Positions 38,945-53,693 of a stretch of DNA of 64,000 bases are shown one piece after another. The translations under genes and the position numbers were made by a program. The stretch is from Eledone cirrhosa (Eukaryota). The notes beneath the pieces were generated by a model, which worked only from the letters and a program-made list of their open reading frames with translations, was not told the origin of the DNA and searched no databases. Each line of letters begins with the position of its first letter. Position 1 is the stretch's first letter. The stretch spans positions 38,068,001-38,132,000 of the forward strand of contig OZ024745.1 in assembly GCA_964016885.1 (NCBI GenBank), written 5' to 3'.

Positions 38945-40477
38945 TGTGTGTGTGTGTGTGTGTGTGAGTGTGTGTGTAAGTGTGTGTGTACATATATATG
39001 TACATATATATATATATGATATATATAATATATATCATATATATATATAAATATGTATATATATATATATGTGTATATATATATCAACCTTATAATGTGG
39101 AAATAGGCTGTCTGAAGATTCATTTCTTTCCATTGGAAATTCTCTGGATTTCCAATCTTTTGGAATGATGAAACCGTCGGTAACAGCAACAGAACAGGTG
39201 ATTATTTAAATCGTTTTTTTAATTTATTTATAGAATTGTTTGATAACCGCTTGCTTCGCTACTTTTTATATTGTTCTGGTGTCTCGAATTAGTACCATAG
39301 AACCACAAATATTATAAACAACTTGCATATTTCTACAAGTACATAGTACCAGTTGAAGTATTCATCCACTTATATATATATATTTATATATATATGTGTG
39401 TCTGATGGTAGCTATGATGCTTCCATAGGCGGTTGAGAACTCTATGTTCTTACAGAGTAGAGTGTGATATAATATAAAACGAAAAATCAGTGATGCTTCC
39501 GAACTCAATTTATTGTGTGTTATAAGTGTTTCACCGGCAGACAGCTCGAGACACGATCATTGTATGGATCTGTCTGATTCTAGACCTGCAGCTTCGTCGG
39601 ACCCTTGCAATAATATCGGATCAAAGTTTCTCACTGGGGTGTTAGCGTCAAAAAACATCTTCCTTGCTTGTCCTGCTGTTGGCTGTTATTTTTCTATGTC
39701 AACATAAATCCTGGCCAGTAGTTGCTGTCACACTGGCCATTAGCTGTCCTCCGCCTGACACACTTCAATGAATCCATGCTGGGTTTGGTATTTCACAAGC
39801 CCACTCGCGCACTCGCATACACATATACACATATACATATATGTATATATATACACACATATATATATATATATATATACACTCACATACACACACACAC
39901 ACACGCACACAACCATATAAGTAACAACATACGCGTCCACAGACGCCTGCCTACATGCCCACGTACATCAGCTCTCACACACACACGCACACACACACAC
40001 GCATACATTCGCACACACAAGCATGCGCGTATATAGACTCGTATACACAAACACGTACAGACATATACATAGACACGCACACGCACATACACACACGTGT
40101 CCGTATATACAGGCACAAAGACAGACTCGCTCCCAAACACACATATATATGTATAAGTACACACACATAAGAGTACGCATAAACAGGCCCTTACCCTACA
40201 GTAGGTGCACGTACACACACACACACTGGATCATATACACTCAAACCAATATGCCCCTATTACTTACCTGCCCACGTACATCTACAACGATACATACGTA
40301 CATACATATATCTGTCCGTACCCAAATATGATATACTCACAGAGTCATATAAATCTACACAATCGGTCATACAGGGTCATCCATGAAAGGATGTAACCAA
40401 ATACATAGATCCACGCACATACATGCATGTATATATACACCCATATAAATAAATAAAAAAAAAAAAAAATAAATAAA

Positions 40478-40674
40478 TAAAAAATGAAAAATGAAAAATG
40501 AAAAATGAAAAATGAAAAATGAAAAATGAAAAATGAAAAATGAAAAATGAAAAATGAAAAATGAAAAATGAAAAATGAAAAATGAAAAATGAAAAATGAA
40601 AAATGAAAAATGAAAAATGAAAAATGAAAAATGAAAAATGAAAAATAAAAAATAAAAAATAAAAAATAAAAAAT

Positions 40675-40711
<37 letters not shown>

Positions 40712-40937
40712 AAATAAAAAATAAAAAATAAAAATAAAAATAAAAAATAAAAAATAAAAAATAAAAAATAAAAAATAAAAAATAAAAAATAAAAAATAAA
40801 AAATAAAAAATAAAAAATAAAAAATAAAAAATAAAAAATAAAAAATAAAAAATAAAAAATAAAAAATAAAAAATAAAAAATAAAAAATAAAAAATAAAAA
40901 ATAAAAAATGAAAAATGAAAAATAAAAAATAAAAAAT

Positions 40938-40974
<37 letters not shown>

Positions 40975-41025
40975 AAATAAAAAATAAAAAATAAAAAATA
41001 AAAAATAAAAAATAAAAAATAAAAT
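40478..41025. repeat. Heptamer tandem array, (TGAAAAA)n grading into (TAAAAAA)n
   Basis: Seen directly. Confidence 0.95.
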
Positions 41026-41274
41026 AAATAATTGTATATATATGTATATATACACATATATAAATATATATACACACACATACACACATATGTACATACA
41101 CACATATACACATCTATAAACAACCTACAATATACTAAAATATTCATATAACGTCATACGTTAAAAGGTGTATCTTGTACTAAACATGCACAAATATAAA
41201 CAGTATAATCATATACATACATCCATACCCATTCACTTAACATATACATATATATATATATATCTCTCTACATA

Positions 41275-41309
<35 letters not shown>

Positions 41310-41314
41310 ACATA

Positions 41315-41442
<128 letters not shown>

Positions 41443-41479
41443 GCATACACATATACACACATATAAAACATAAAGTAAA

Positions 41480-42803
41480 TATACAATATATTAAAATATA
41501 CATATAACGTGACATAGAAATATATAAAAAAAGGGATAAGAAAGAAGAAGGGACGTGTATGCGTATGATATAGTACATATGGGGAGTATGAGATGTACAC
41601 TTGGGCCTCTATACGGAACAAATAATATGTGTTCCAAAATGGAACAAGTGGAGAGTATGTATTCAAGATTGAAAAGGTACACATGCATGGTGTTGCGTAG
41701 CCCGGCCATACTGGAGTATGTCACTGAGGTTGAGGTATGTTGTCCTATAGGTGTAAGGTATTTGATTGAAGGACATTGGAATCTGGGTCAACCTGTCCCG
41801 GCTCAGGCGATATTCTTGCCCAGGGTGACATGCAGAGCCGGGTATGCATCTTGGGTTATTTTGGTTTACCCCACGAGGCATATATTGTCTTCAGGGTATG
41901 GTGTCTGGTCCCTTGAACCCGTTTCGTCGCTCTGGTCGGCGTGTGCTCCGCCACATGCCCTTAGCCTGGGCTTCCCGGTGGATTCCAGGCGGAGAGTGTG
42001 CACCTTCTCTGGTGTCTGCACGTCATGATAATTTCCGATTTCAGGTTGACCACATTATCCTTCAGTCAGACTATTTCCATGGCCTCGTATAGGCATAGGC
42101 TACACTTTCTACTTCCAGCCGAGTATGCATTCGATATCCGAACGATACTCCAGTCAACGGCGTACGGGGTGCCTTTGTCTTTCAAGTCCCACACCAGGTC
42201 CGCTAGCCGAGTGGAGTGCCTCTTACTGCGGTCATTGAAGGAGTTCATGTGACTATACATCCGCGATTGAAAGGTCGTGGATGTTGCGCCGATGTAGGTG
42301 CGCTTTATATAATGAGTGCTAACCACACATTTATACACCAGGCCCTTCGTCAGACGTCTTCCCTGTAGGGGGAACTGGGTGCCCACTCTGCAGTTACATG
42401 TTCTGTCGTTATTTTGTTCACTTCGGACCCCCGGCCTCGATCTGCTAGGGCCCTCTCCCGATTCTCAGTGTGTTGTTCCGCTGGCACGATGGTATCCCCT
42501 CCGCCACTCGTTCCCTCCTGGCGTTGGATTGTATCGCCTTTGCTGTCGGGAGGCCAGTCTCGGAGCAGTCCTCCACGCTCCGATTGACGGTCATTCTGTC
42601 GCTGCGGTTGACGGTCGATGTTCCCCATCTTTACCGCGTTGGTTTTTGCCATATAGTCGGCCATGTTAGGTGCTGTGGAGAAGGAAAACTTCACCGTGTG
42701 GCAGTTGAAAATCTTGTGGTATTTGTTCGACAGGGGGAAGCACTCGTCTAACGTTTGGAAAAAAAGCCCTGGCACGTTTGTGCATACATGCTTAGAGTAT
42801 GCA
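41480..42803 (-). mobile_element. Second, divergent Penelope-like element 3' fragment with GIY-YIG endonuclease
   Basis: ECFP..YHKIFN.HTVKFSFSTAPNM; TCNCR; LVYKCVV..TYIG..FQSRMYSH; STRLADLVWDLK; CSLCLYE (ORFs 42350-42800 and 42066-42386); left boundary uncertain. Confidence 0.8.
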
Positions 42804-42875
42804 GTATATATATATATATATCGTTTCTGAATTTGTTTAGCAAGATTCTTTATCTGAAAACGTGTGTTGAAACCG

Positions 42876-43244
42876 ATATTGTTATACTTTGGGAGGGTCA
42901 TGTTGCCAATAAGAAACACACGCACCAGTTGCTTTCACTTCAATTTATTATGATACATTTATAAATTTAGGAATTTATAAATTTCCGGTTGGTTGCTTCC
43001 ACAACCAGATGTTGGTTTATATATTGTCAAAGTTCTTTCGTCACACATTCTGTGACCTCTTCAGTGACTGGGGATTCTTTTCTTTGTTTTTTGTGCCTCT
43101 CCTTTGTTCTGTCCTACGCCATCTTGTTTTTGTGTTTTATTTATTTATAAATTCCTAAATTTATAAATTTATTATAATAAATAATTGAAGTGAAATCAAC
43201 TAGTGCGTGTGTTTCTTATTGGCAACATGACCCTCCCAAAGTAT

Positions 43245-43252
<8 letters not shown>
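42876..43252. mobile_element. Inverted-repeat element (family F) with hammerhead at 43026-43068 (-)
   Basis: Arms ~42876-42985 and ~43140-43251; GTCA CTGAAGA G GTCACA gaatg TGTGAC GAAA GAAC TT TGAC; decayed relatives at 38410-38745 and 58402-58620. Confidence 0.7.
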
Positions 43253-43269
<17 letters not shown>

Positions 43270-43278
<9 letters not shown>

Positions 43279-44320
43279 GGAATAGTACTCTTAGTACGGC
43301 ACTTACTTAAATGTAAGTATGTATGTATACGTACATACATATATGTATACAGACGTACAGTAGTATGTATATATATACATACATGCACACATATATATAT
43401 GCACGTATCGGTTTACCGAACATTTATTATAATGCTCGGTTTGTTTGTTTGTAAACAAACAAACAACCCGAATTACGCCGTACAGTGTTTAGGCAACCAC
43501 GTCACCTTTTTGTTCAACACTGACACAGGAACGATGTACTAGTTTCAAGATTATTAGCTATGGTCAGCATCGTATACCTTCCTGCCAGATGGTTGAATGT
43601 CTGAAAGTATATACTTTCCTTATGCATATTAACGGCTGAGCAGCCTAATTTGCATATCGAGTGAGCTCAGTCGGTCGGGCACACCGAATACGATAAATGG
43701 AATAGAATTAAACGACATTTCATTTCTCACTCTTACAAACAAACCGATCATTATAATAAATGTACGGTAAACCGATACGTGCACATATATATGTGTGCAT
43801 GTATGTATATATGTATATGTACGTCTGTATACATATATGTATGTACGTATATATACATACATACTTACATTTAAGTAAGTGCCGATCTAAGAGTGAGAAA
43901 TGAAATTTCGTTTCATTCTATTCCATTTATCGTTTTCGGTGTGCCCGGCCGACTGAACTCACTCGATATGCAAATTAGGCTGCTCAGCCGTTAATATGCA
44001 TAAGGAAGGTATATACTTTCAGACGTTCAACCATCTGGCAGGAAGGTATACGATGCTGACGATAGCTAATAAGCTTGAAACTAGTACATCGTTCCTGTGT
44101 CAGTGTTGAACAAAAAGGTGACGTGGTTGCCTAAACACTGTACGGCGTAATTCAGGCTGTTTGTTTGTTTACAAACGAACAAACCGTGCATTATAATAAA
44201 TGTTCGGTAAACCGATACGTGCATATATATATATGTGTGCATGTATGTATATATATACATAGTACCGTACCTCTGTATACATATATGTATGTATACATAC
44301 ATACACACTTACATTTATAT
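43270..44320. mobile_element. Family D inverted pair of ~450-bp monomers with hammerheads
   Basis: Minus copy ~43285-43735 (fold 43532-43572, core CTGACCA) and plus copy ~43735-44318 (fold 44051-44091, core intact). Confidence 0.8.
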
Positions 44321-44335
44321 ATATATATATACATG

Positions 44336-44432
<97 letters not shown>

Positions 44433-44435
44433 ATA

Positions 44436-44474
<39 letters not shown>

Positions 44475-44543
44475 TATGAAGAGAGAAGAAACATTTAGAT
44501 ATAATTAGTAATAAAATGTATCATACCTAAACTGTTCCTAAAT

Positions 44544-44631
44544 TCCTCGACTACGTAGTTTCGTGGCATAAACAAAAACAATATATCAAAGATATAGAGT
44601 CCTTGCGAGGTCTGCCGACTTATCAAGAGGA
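44544..44631 (-). ncRNA. Hammerhead ribozyme, U3-A8 variant with long stem II loop (family I)
   Basis: TCCTC TTGATAA GTcGGCA ...TGCCAC GAAA CTACGTAG TC GAGGA, within a ~320-bp island between (TA)n tracts. Confidence 0.7.
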
Positions 44632-44807
44632 TACCTCATTTTACTAGTCTCAAGAACGCGTCTACACGACGTGAGAAAGAATCCCAAAAGGCGGAGGGGG
44701 AGATAGTCACGCGATATAACGGTCAGGAAACAGAGCTAAGCCTCTTATAACCACGAAGAAAATACCACGGAGGCGGAGGGGGTATTCATATCGAGTATAT
44801 ATATATA

Positions 44808-44871
<64 letters not shown>

Positions 44872-45236
44872 AACACACACACACATATATATAGCTATAT
44901 ACATATGTACAATTTTTGATGCATAATAAACTTGAGTCCCCCTCCAACATTTGTAATTGTTCGACATCATAACCCTCAAAGCATTTCATCTCAATGTTTA
45001 TATACGCAAGCACAACATTTCTAGACGTAAGTAGGTAAACACACACAATCAAACCCATACGTACACCAGTCAAACAAGATACATATGGCATATAATAAAT
45101 ACGATTCTACGACACGTATCGAGTTATCCCTCCTTAAATGTTTGTTGCTATTTTTACTTTTATATCTATAACACGACACATTCACATATATATGTTTGTG
45201 TATGTGTATGAGTGTGTATGTTGTTGTTGTTATGTG

Positions 45237-45275
<39 letters not shown>

Positions 45276-46367
45276 CCGCGCAAGTGGAAAGAAATTCGTA
45301 TCATTTACATAAAAACACACAAACACCACTAGCCACGAAATGCAACAAATATATTTTTTAATGGAAAACTTTTTAAGTACTACATTAACTTATTTTTAAG
45401 TTTTATCCTTTTTAAACACAATTTGAATATTAATATGTATAGTGACTTACGGCTAGCTGCACAGTGAAAGCAAATATAATGCAGGGAAACATACACATAC
45501 CTACAAACATAAAACATACATAATACACAACATACAAACATCTACACAACACAATGCACGAAGTACATAAATATGTATGTGTGTACATGTGCATGTATAT
45601 GTGTGTGCGTGTGTATCGTTTTATTTATATTGTGTGCAAATAGACATACGTATTCTTCTTCATTGTAGACCAATATATATGTATATATATATATATACAT
45701 ACATACACTCACACATACACACACACGTATACACACACACATGTATACACACACACACACAAACACACACACACATACATACACACACATATATATATAT
45801 ATAAATCACATTAAATAGGTAAGTCAAATGCATAGAGAATGAGTTCAGCACAGCACGATAAATAAGAAAAAATTAATGAGGGAGTAGAAAGCAAAGAATA
45901 GAGACGAATACTAAAGAAATCAGAAAAAAATAATATGGTGGAGATGAAGGGGCAGCTGCATTGGAATGTTGGGTTACAGGAGGAGGATTGGTGGAGAAGA
46001 AGAATGCAGAAAAAAACAGAGAGCTAACTAGATTCCCTGATGTATAAATAGTGACAAACGTGAAAAAAATCTCGACATCAAACAAAGAAAAAGACACATT
46101 TTCATTGAAAACTGAAACTATCTTTATTATGAAAAGATCAAACAATTGGTATAACCAGCAGATATGTACAATGGTATATGCTTAGTATTGAGTTGGTAGA
46201 AACACCAAATATGTACTAATAAAATACTGTGTAGAACACTGTTGGCAGAACATTTAGACGTGTACAAATAAAATACACTTTAGTATATTTCATAATTTTG
46301 ATCCGACCTATTCCTCATGGGTGTCTGTAAAAGACCACCATGTCTTTAACTTTTCATTGCTGCCTAG

Positions 46368-46409
<42 letters not shown>

Positions 46410-46562
46410 TCATTATATATGAGAAAATAGAACTATTCGTTTTTTGTAGGCAATTTCATTTTTTCATGTGTAACAAAAGGGAAGAAGCAACGTATTAATA
46501 AATGTTTCTTTATGCTTCAATACATGTTGACTAGCTTTTCTGATATACTGTTTAAATTATGC

Positions 46563-46600
<38 letters not shown>

Positions 46601-46605
<5 letters not shown>

Positions 46606-47210
46606 GATATATTTTCTTTAGGCCATTTTGGAAGCCTCAACAATGCAGATGGCTAATTCTCCGGGTAACAAGATCCGATGGTGAGGAGAGAGATGTAAGT
46701 GAATGTACAATGAGATGTATAGTGTGTAGAAGAACGTAGGAAAGAGCGTAAAAAATAAAAATAATAACACGATATAGAGTTACCTTGGGAGAGATTTAAT
46801 TGTCCCTATATTTCGGATTCACTTCCATCAACTGGGGGGTTTTCCGGGTGGGGTGAAGTTATCTGTCGGATAGGAGCGATACGTATCCTCTGCTGTTCGT
46901 TGATTTGAATATCAAAACAACGAACAGCAGAGGACACGTATCGCTCCTATCCGACAGATAACCTCCCAACCCCCGGAAAACCCCCCAGTTGATCGATGTG
47001 AATCCGAAATATAGGGACAATTAAATCTCTCCCAAGGTAACTCTATACCGTATTATTATTTTTACGCTCTTTCCTACGTTCTTCTATACACTATACATCT
47101 CATTCTACATTCACTTACATCTCTCTCTTCACCACCGGATCTTGTTACCTGGAGAATTACCCATCTGCATTGTTGAGGCTTCCAAAACGGCCTAAATAAA
47201 ATATATCTTA
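46601..47210. mobile_element. ~300-bp-arm fold-back (palindromic) insertion between (TA)n tracts
   Basis: 46601-46902 is the reverse complement of ~46918-47210. Confidence 0.85.
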
Positions 47211-49845
47211 TTATTCCACAATGCTTCAAGCAAACTTCAATACTCTCTTATATATATATATAGAGAGATTTGTATTATCGATTCAATAGATGTTTATTTT
47301 AAAACTGAGCACATCGACACCCATAAGAATGATTTGAACTGGGAGCAACTCTTGTGTGCATGAACGGCTAGGAGTAGTAATTATCTCGGTAATGCAGTTT
47401 GAGAATCTTAAGGGACGGCGGTAGTGGAGAGTTTGTGAAGGACAGTGTTGAGACACACTTTGCCAGACTTTCAAGAAATAGTTTTACTTGAGGTAGAATG
47501 GCATAGAGTACAACTTGCGTCTGCGAGCCACGTGTTGTCAGAATTTGTGCTAATAAGATGAATCACCATTTATTATATCCCATCTAAAATTGTTTCAGAT
47601 TAGAAAAAATCAAATTTACACACCCACACCGATGTAGGTTTAGCTGTTCTTTTTCTAGGGTTGCATCTCTTAAGAGGTTTTCTCGCGTTTTGTACTGATA
47701 GGAATTCTGTTATCAAGAGTAATATGAAATGAAGCACCCACTTTCGTTTGCTAAATGAACTGACGATTTTAAGAGATTCTTCTCTCCCCATTTTATATCT
47801 TTTTCAATCGGTTTTGATTCTTGCCATTACAACACGTACAAAATAGTAGTATGATTGTAATTCATACATAAATCATATTTATTTATGAGCGAGTACTTTA
47901 ATACTTAGTGAACCGCTTAAGATAGATCCTACATTTATTTATCGCTTCGGCTTTGCAAGGGTTTATGTCTTTAGCAGATAATGTTTGCGTCATTATGTGG
48001 CCAAGAATATTTTCAATTTGAGTTACTCTCTGACAATGGCAGTAAAGCTGGTTTGTAAAGCAGGCATTTGAAAATGGTAAGAAGTTTATAATTGTATATT
48101 ATCTATGAGACATCGTCACTTTGTAAGTATTTTTCCGGCTTCTGTATGGTGGCTGTCTTGGCGTCACTAAACTAAAACTTAAAAATGAATCTATATCATG
48201 ATTTACCTATAACACTATGGGTGTTTTCTAAGAATTTGACAGTGACTTGAAAAATGTCTGCAGCAGTTTTCCAAAGGATGAAGCGGATACATGAATGGTA
48301 AATAATTGTTTCACAAGTGTGTACGTGTATAACATAAATAGTTCAATAATAATAAATAAAAAAAACGATGAATAAACAATGAAATAGCAAAACAAAATGT
48401 ATATCCAGACTAGGTGGAAGTAAAATCTGTGTGGAATTGTTTGTGATCGGTACGTAAGATCAATAGATTCTCACCAAAGTCTACCAATAAACTTATGCAG
48501 ATTGGGTAGGGCAGAAATACTGAATGAATGAATCGACTAAGTACAGTTACAGCCGCAGAAAATATTTATTTTCTTGGAATGAAATATCATTTGCCATTAA
48601 ATATTCCTGTTAAACAATGAAAGAATATTATAATTTTCCAATAAACATAGCTAGGAACATAGATAGTTAGAAATAACGACTATCAAATTATTGATAAAAC
48701 AATATTACAGCAACTAAATTCAATATTCCTTTTCGGGGAGGGCGGCAAATTCTCAGAATTAGTAAAGAGTTTGATATACCTTGTGATATTTGTTTTTGCA
48801 TTCTTTCACATTATGTTCGAGATCCACCAATTTTGATTTTCTTATAATTTTCCGTATGAGATAAAATGAATACCATACCAGTGAAGTACTGAGGTCGATA
48901 TAATTCAATACTTCCTTTAAAGGAGGACACTGAAACGTTATAATCAATAAAGCATCAGATACATATTATCGTAATTTTGGGGGTAGACGTCACGTTGTTT
49001 TCGAGATCCGATTGTGTTGATTTTCTCACCATTTCGATAAAATCGTATGCGATAAAATAGGTGGCAGGGAAGTACTGGAGATTGATATAGTTTTCTATTT
49101 CTTCCCTATAGGTTTTAACCATATGCCTATGTAAGAAATTATGAGTAATTTTTCAGTGATATTGAATAGTAAAATAAATATTAATTTCATTGTTGTGCTT
49201 AATATGCTCTTTTTTAAAATATAAATTTAGACAAATAATTGATAGGATCCAGTAGAGCTGTATTCCCTTTTCATATTCCATGTGTATTCCAACACAATAG
49301 CTGTATATTTCCTAACAATTGTTGTGCATATCCATCCAAACAATATTTATTTCTACACAGTTGCTGTTTATTTGTTTATTTCCAGAATTCTCTGAGTACT
49401 TTTACAGAATCACTGCATTTCTGCATAATTACAGTGTAATTCTTTACAATGACTGTTTTCCACACTATTGCTGTGTATTTCCACACAATTACGGTATACT
49501 TCCAAGCCACCATTCTGTAATATCACGCAATTACATTTTTTTATTTCCACACTATATTATATTTTCCAATACACGCTTTTATGAATAAATATTAATCATT
49601 TATTTAGTATGTCACCAACGAATGCATATTAATCAAATCAGCTTGCTATTTTAGGTAGGTACCTGCTTCTGTTTAATATAAAAACGATTATATTAGTTCA
49701 TTTCTGAGGTTACTGGCCTTCTGATGAACAACCAATAAGTTGTGATATATATGAAGGCAATCCGCGTATTTTTCTCTGACTGAGGATGTCAACAACTTGC
49801 ATGTATGTTTTTGTACATGTACCCATCGATATATCGAATTTATAG

Positions 49846-49846
<1 letters not shown>

Positions 49847-49889
<43 letters not shown>

Positions 49890-50560
49890 TGTCGCCAAAT
49901 TATTCGAGGGTGGGGGAGCAGACTCCTCAAACACACATTCCAACGAGTTCTCTCAGAAGCAACTGCTTCCAATTTATTCGGCCGGATCCCCAAGCAAAAG
50001 CAGCCGAGCTCATGGAAGTTATCCAAACATATTGCTCGGGGTCTCCTATCGGCTTGTTTTACCCGTAACATCTATCAACCGATTCTTTCCTGAGACTCAC
50101 CCACATACTCGTAATATCGAAGCCTTAATCTCCCCCTTTAAAGAAGTAGCGCCCCTACTTGCAGTAAATTTCTGATCTACGAGCTAAATATTCTATCGAG
50201 TAATGTTTCCCCAAAGAGCCTTCGGTGGAACCAAGGTCGGCGGCTTGTATTTGTGATAGCTATTTTTTTCTATCATTCCCATTCATTCATGATAATGAGT
50301 AAGGGTTGGCACGAATAACAAATTGAAGACAGGGAGCTTGGCTTTTATACATACCTGATAACCGAATGCTGAAGCTGCAGCAATACTATATCAGCTGATG
50401 TAATCTTTACACTTAATGCATCCTCTACATTGCATCTTTCGTAAGCACGGCCCCGAGATACCTGAAATTCACCTGCTTCAGTGAAAAACTAATCACGCTG
50501 GCTTCTTTGAGAGAACGACTGTCTCAATCTTCGCAGCGTTGATTTATTTTTGACTATCAC
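49847..50560 (-). mobile_element. Decayed RTE-clade LINE 3' fragment with (TAG)n tail
   Basis: Minus ORF resembles an RTE C-terminus (RRPR..LD..ELG..LG..VASERTRW..LLPHP); KINAAKIE and FRYLG-like remnants near 50450-50545; (TAC)n at 49848-49889. Confidence 0.55.
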
Positions 50561-53477
50561 TTTCATTAAAAATATAAAACAAATATCTCTACATAAAGTG
50601 AAGGAAACAGCTAAGCATTGAAAATTCCAAAGAGAGAATCACAAAACCTCATAGATAAATATATAAGAATACAATATAAATATATAGAACAAGAATACGT
50701 GATAGTTGTATAGACTTGAAAAGGATGACTGGACACTAGCCCAGGGAATTGGGGATTGTTATTTGGCTTCGCTGTTTGGCGCTGCAATGATGTGTGTTGG
50801 TAGGGAAGTTGTAGTGCTACTATTGTATGTGGGATGTGGTTTTATAAGTTTGTTTGTATGTATGTAGATCAAGAAATTATATGTATACATTATGTGTATG
50901 CCTCAATGTATTTCTACTATATATCGTCAGCTATAGGAGAAAATACCTAGCGCGATTTAAATAATTCAGTCAGATAAATGAAGACTTAGGAACGACTTGA
51001 CATTGCAGAATATTTCGTAATACAACAAACAGTACTGTAGAATCAATGCTTCCTATACACTCACAGAGATACAATATAAAAACGCCAAAACCGACACATG
51101 CCAATACATGAACAACACATTCCATCACATGTCGACATACACATGTCAACATACACATGCGAATAGATACACGTCTCCACACACATGCCAACAACATGAC
51201 AACACACACACACATGCCGACGAACATTCACAAATAACAGCACCCACAACATACATACATGCAAATTCACAAGGGCAGACACACACACACACACATGTTG
51301 ACACACACAATCAAAAATAACATTCATTGAAGTAAAGTATGTAAAATTAGAAAAATCTCTAAAAAACAAAATTAATCAGTGTTATGTTAAAATTAGGTGT
51401 ATAATTAATATGATAAGGGTTATAGTGATTTATGATAATAAAACAAATGGTTTCAAATGTGGGTAAAAATCCAGCATTTTGTGTGTGTGAGGGGGGGGGG
51501 GGGTAATATCACTTCAGTACTTGACAAGAATTTGAACACAGAACGGAGAGAACTGTACCTAAATACTCTAAATTTCTAAAGTTTTTCCTCATATTTGTTA
51601 CTAACTACTGATTGCTTTGAGATGATGGAATATTGAGGCTAGCTGTAAATGGATGGGCAAAGGGAGGACTACGATTCATTGTCTCCTGACACTGAAGATA
51701 AAAATATTTCTTCCGCTATTACCGGAACTACTTTCGGAGATATGATTTGTGGTGTCCTGTACACAGCAGCATCAGAATATTGCTGATGTTTAAACATTCT
51801 TTCTTTTTTTCTTGCTTTACCAAGTTCTCTTGTCAAAAATTTCTCAAGTGGCGTTTACTGCACTCGTATTTTCCATGCAAGATCAGCATCATCGTATTTG
51901 TCTCTGCCTCTAAAATGAGGTGCAGCTTCTGAAGTGTTCAGTGACATTTTTGATAACTCAAATTCTACGTGTCCTTGCAATTTCTACACTGTCATATGAA
52001 ATAATTATTTCTACTTTTGGCACAAGGCCAGCAACTATCCCAGTACATTACTCGTACTTTATTTTATCGACCCCGTAAGGATGAAAGGTAAAATTAACCC
52101 TGGCGGGATTTGAACTCAGACCATAAAGGGCCGTAACTCTTTGCTGCAAAGCATATGAAATAATGTGCCTAAAATTTAAGGGAGGTAGTTTTAAAAGCCA
52201 AACTCACTATCTTCAATTCGAGGTTAATATCTAATTTAATCTACGGGCATGAATAATGACCAGAAGAATAGGAGTGCGAATAAATAACTCAAATAGGGTT
52301 CCTCTGAAGGGTTTTGGAGTAATGTTATTCGATAGAATGCGTAGCTTTGAGGCTAGAGAGTCGCTCCACGTAGAGCCACTACTACGGATCGGTTTGAATG
52401 TCTAAAGAAAGAATCGCTGGACAAATTTTGCAAGCAAGAACAATCGGCCCGGGACCCAAACGTTGACTACTATCAAAAGGGTTCGATAAAAATCCAGAAG
52501 CTCGGTTGGTCTGTGTTTGGAATCTAGCCAAATCATTTAGAGGTTGATGCTTCTGACAGGACTCTCTGGATGGCGGGTAAAAGAACTATGTCCTAGAGAC
52601 CCACCCAGGTATCGGGTTTGATATCTAAGCGTTCTAAAGTCCCCTACTTCCAAAATAATGTCACCTCCCCACCTTTACATTCAGTAAATCCAAGCACACT
52701 CTTCGAAACGCCCTGGCCTGGTAGATAAATCAACAAGAAATAGAGCCCACTCCAACCTTTCGTTTGAAGGCATATATCAATTAATTCCCTTTATCTCTGT
52801 TCGGAAAGAACAATGTTACATAATTCTTCTTTTAAGCAGACCTATTTTCAAATATGCTTTGAGTTTCGGGACGCCACAGAAGCTGCTACTTATCGTTCGT
52901 GAAATTTTCAATATCCTATTATCAATTACTATTTTTAACATATAAAACGTTTTTTCCCGGTCCTCTCAGATTCACAAATCATTTACATCCATCTATCCAA
53001 GAGAGAAAAATAAAACATTAATATCCCCATCATGTTTCCACCACATCAACAGACAATCAAGAAAAAAGAAAAAAAAACATCATTTTTAGATGTACAAAAG
53101 TTTTAGTCTTTCGTGGCGATTTTGAAAAATCATTATATAAAAATACAATGCTCGCTATATCATGGAGACGAAATTCTCAAAACAGAACATCTTATGTGAT
53201 GTAGAATTGACCAATGTGTCTGTGCATGTTTGCGTGTTTGTGATTGTGTGAGTTTGAGAAGCAGTACGTGAGTCTGTGTATAATCGCTATGGAGCGCCCC
53301 TATAGGTGTCTAATTAATTCGACTTTGGCTTTTAAAAACGATGTAGAGTCGTCTTTCCTGCTTAATTGACCATAACACTCTTATATCTTCAACGGGTTTG
53401 CGACATTTTCACCCCCACTAAACTCACTACACATACAGACATATATACAAACGTCTTCATATATATATATATGTATG

Positions 53478-53524
<47 letters not shown>

Positions 53525-53542
53525 AAAGTATATATGTATATA

Positions 53543-53693
<151 letters not shown>

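Noticed and set aside
40345-41147. ~250-aa F/I/Y-rich ORFs on the minus strand
   Set aside because: Artefact of the heptamer array
41885-41930. GAAAC...CTGAAGA on minus downstream of the second GIY-YIG fragment
   Set aside because: Could not form consistent stems I and II
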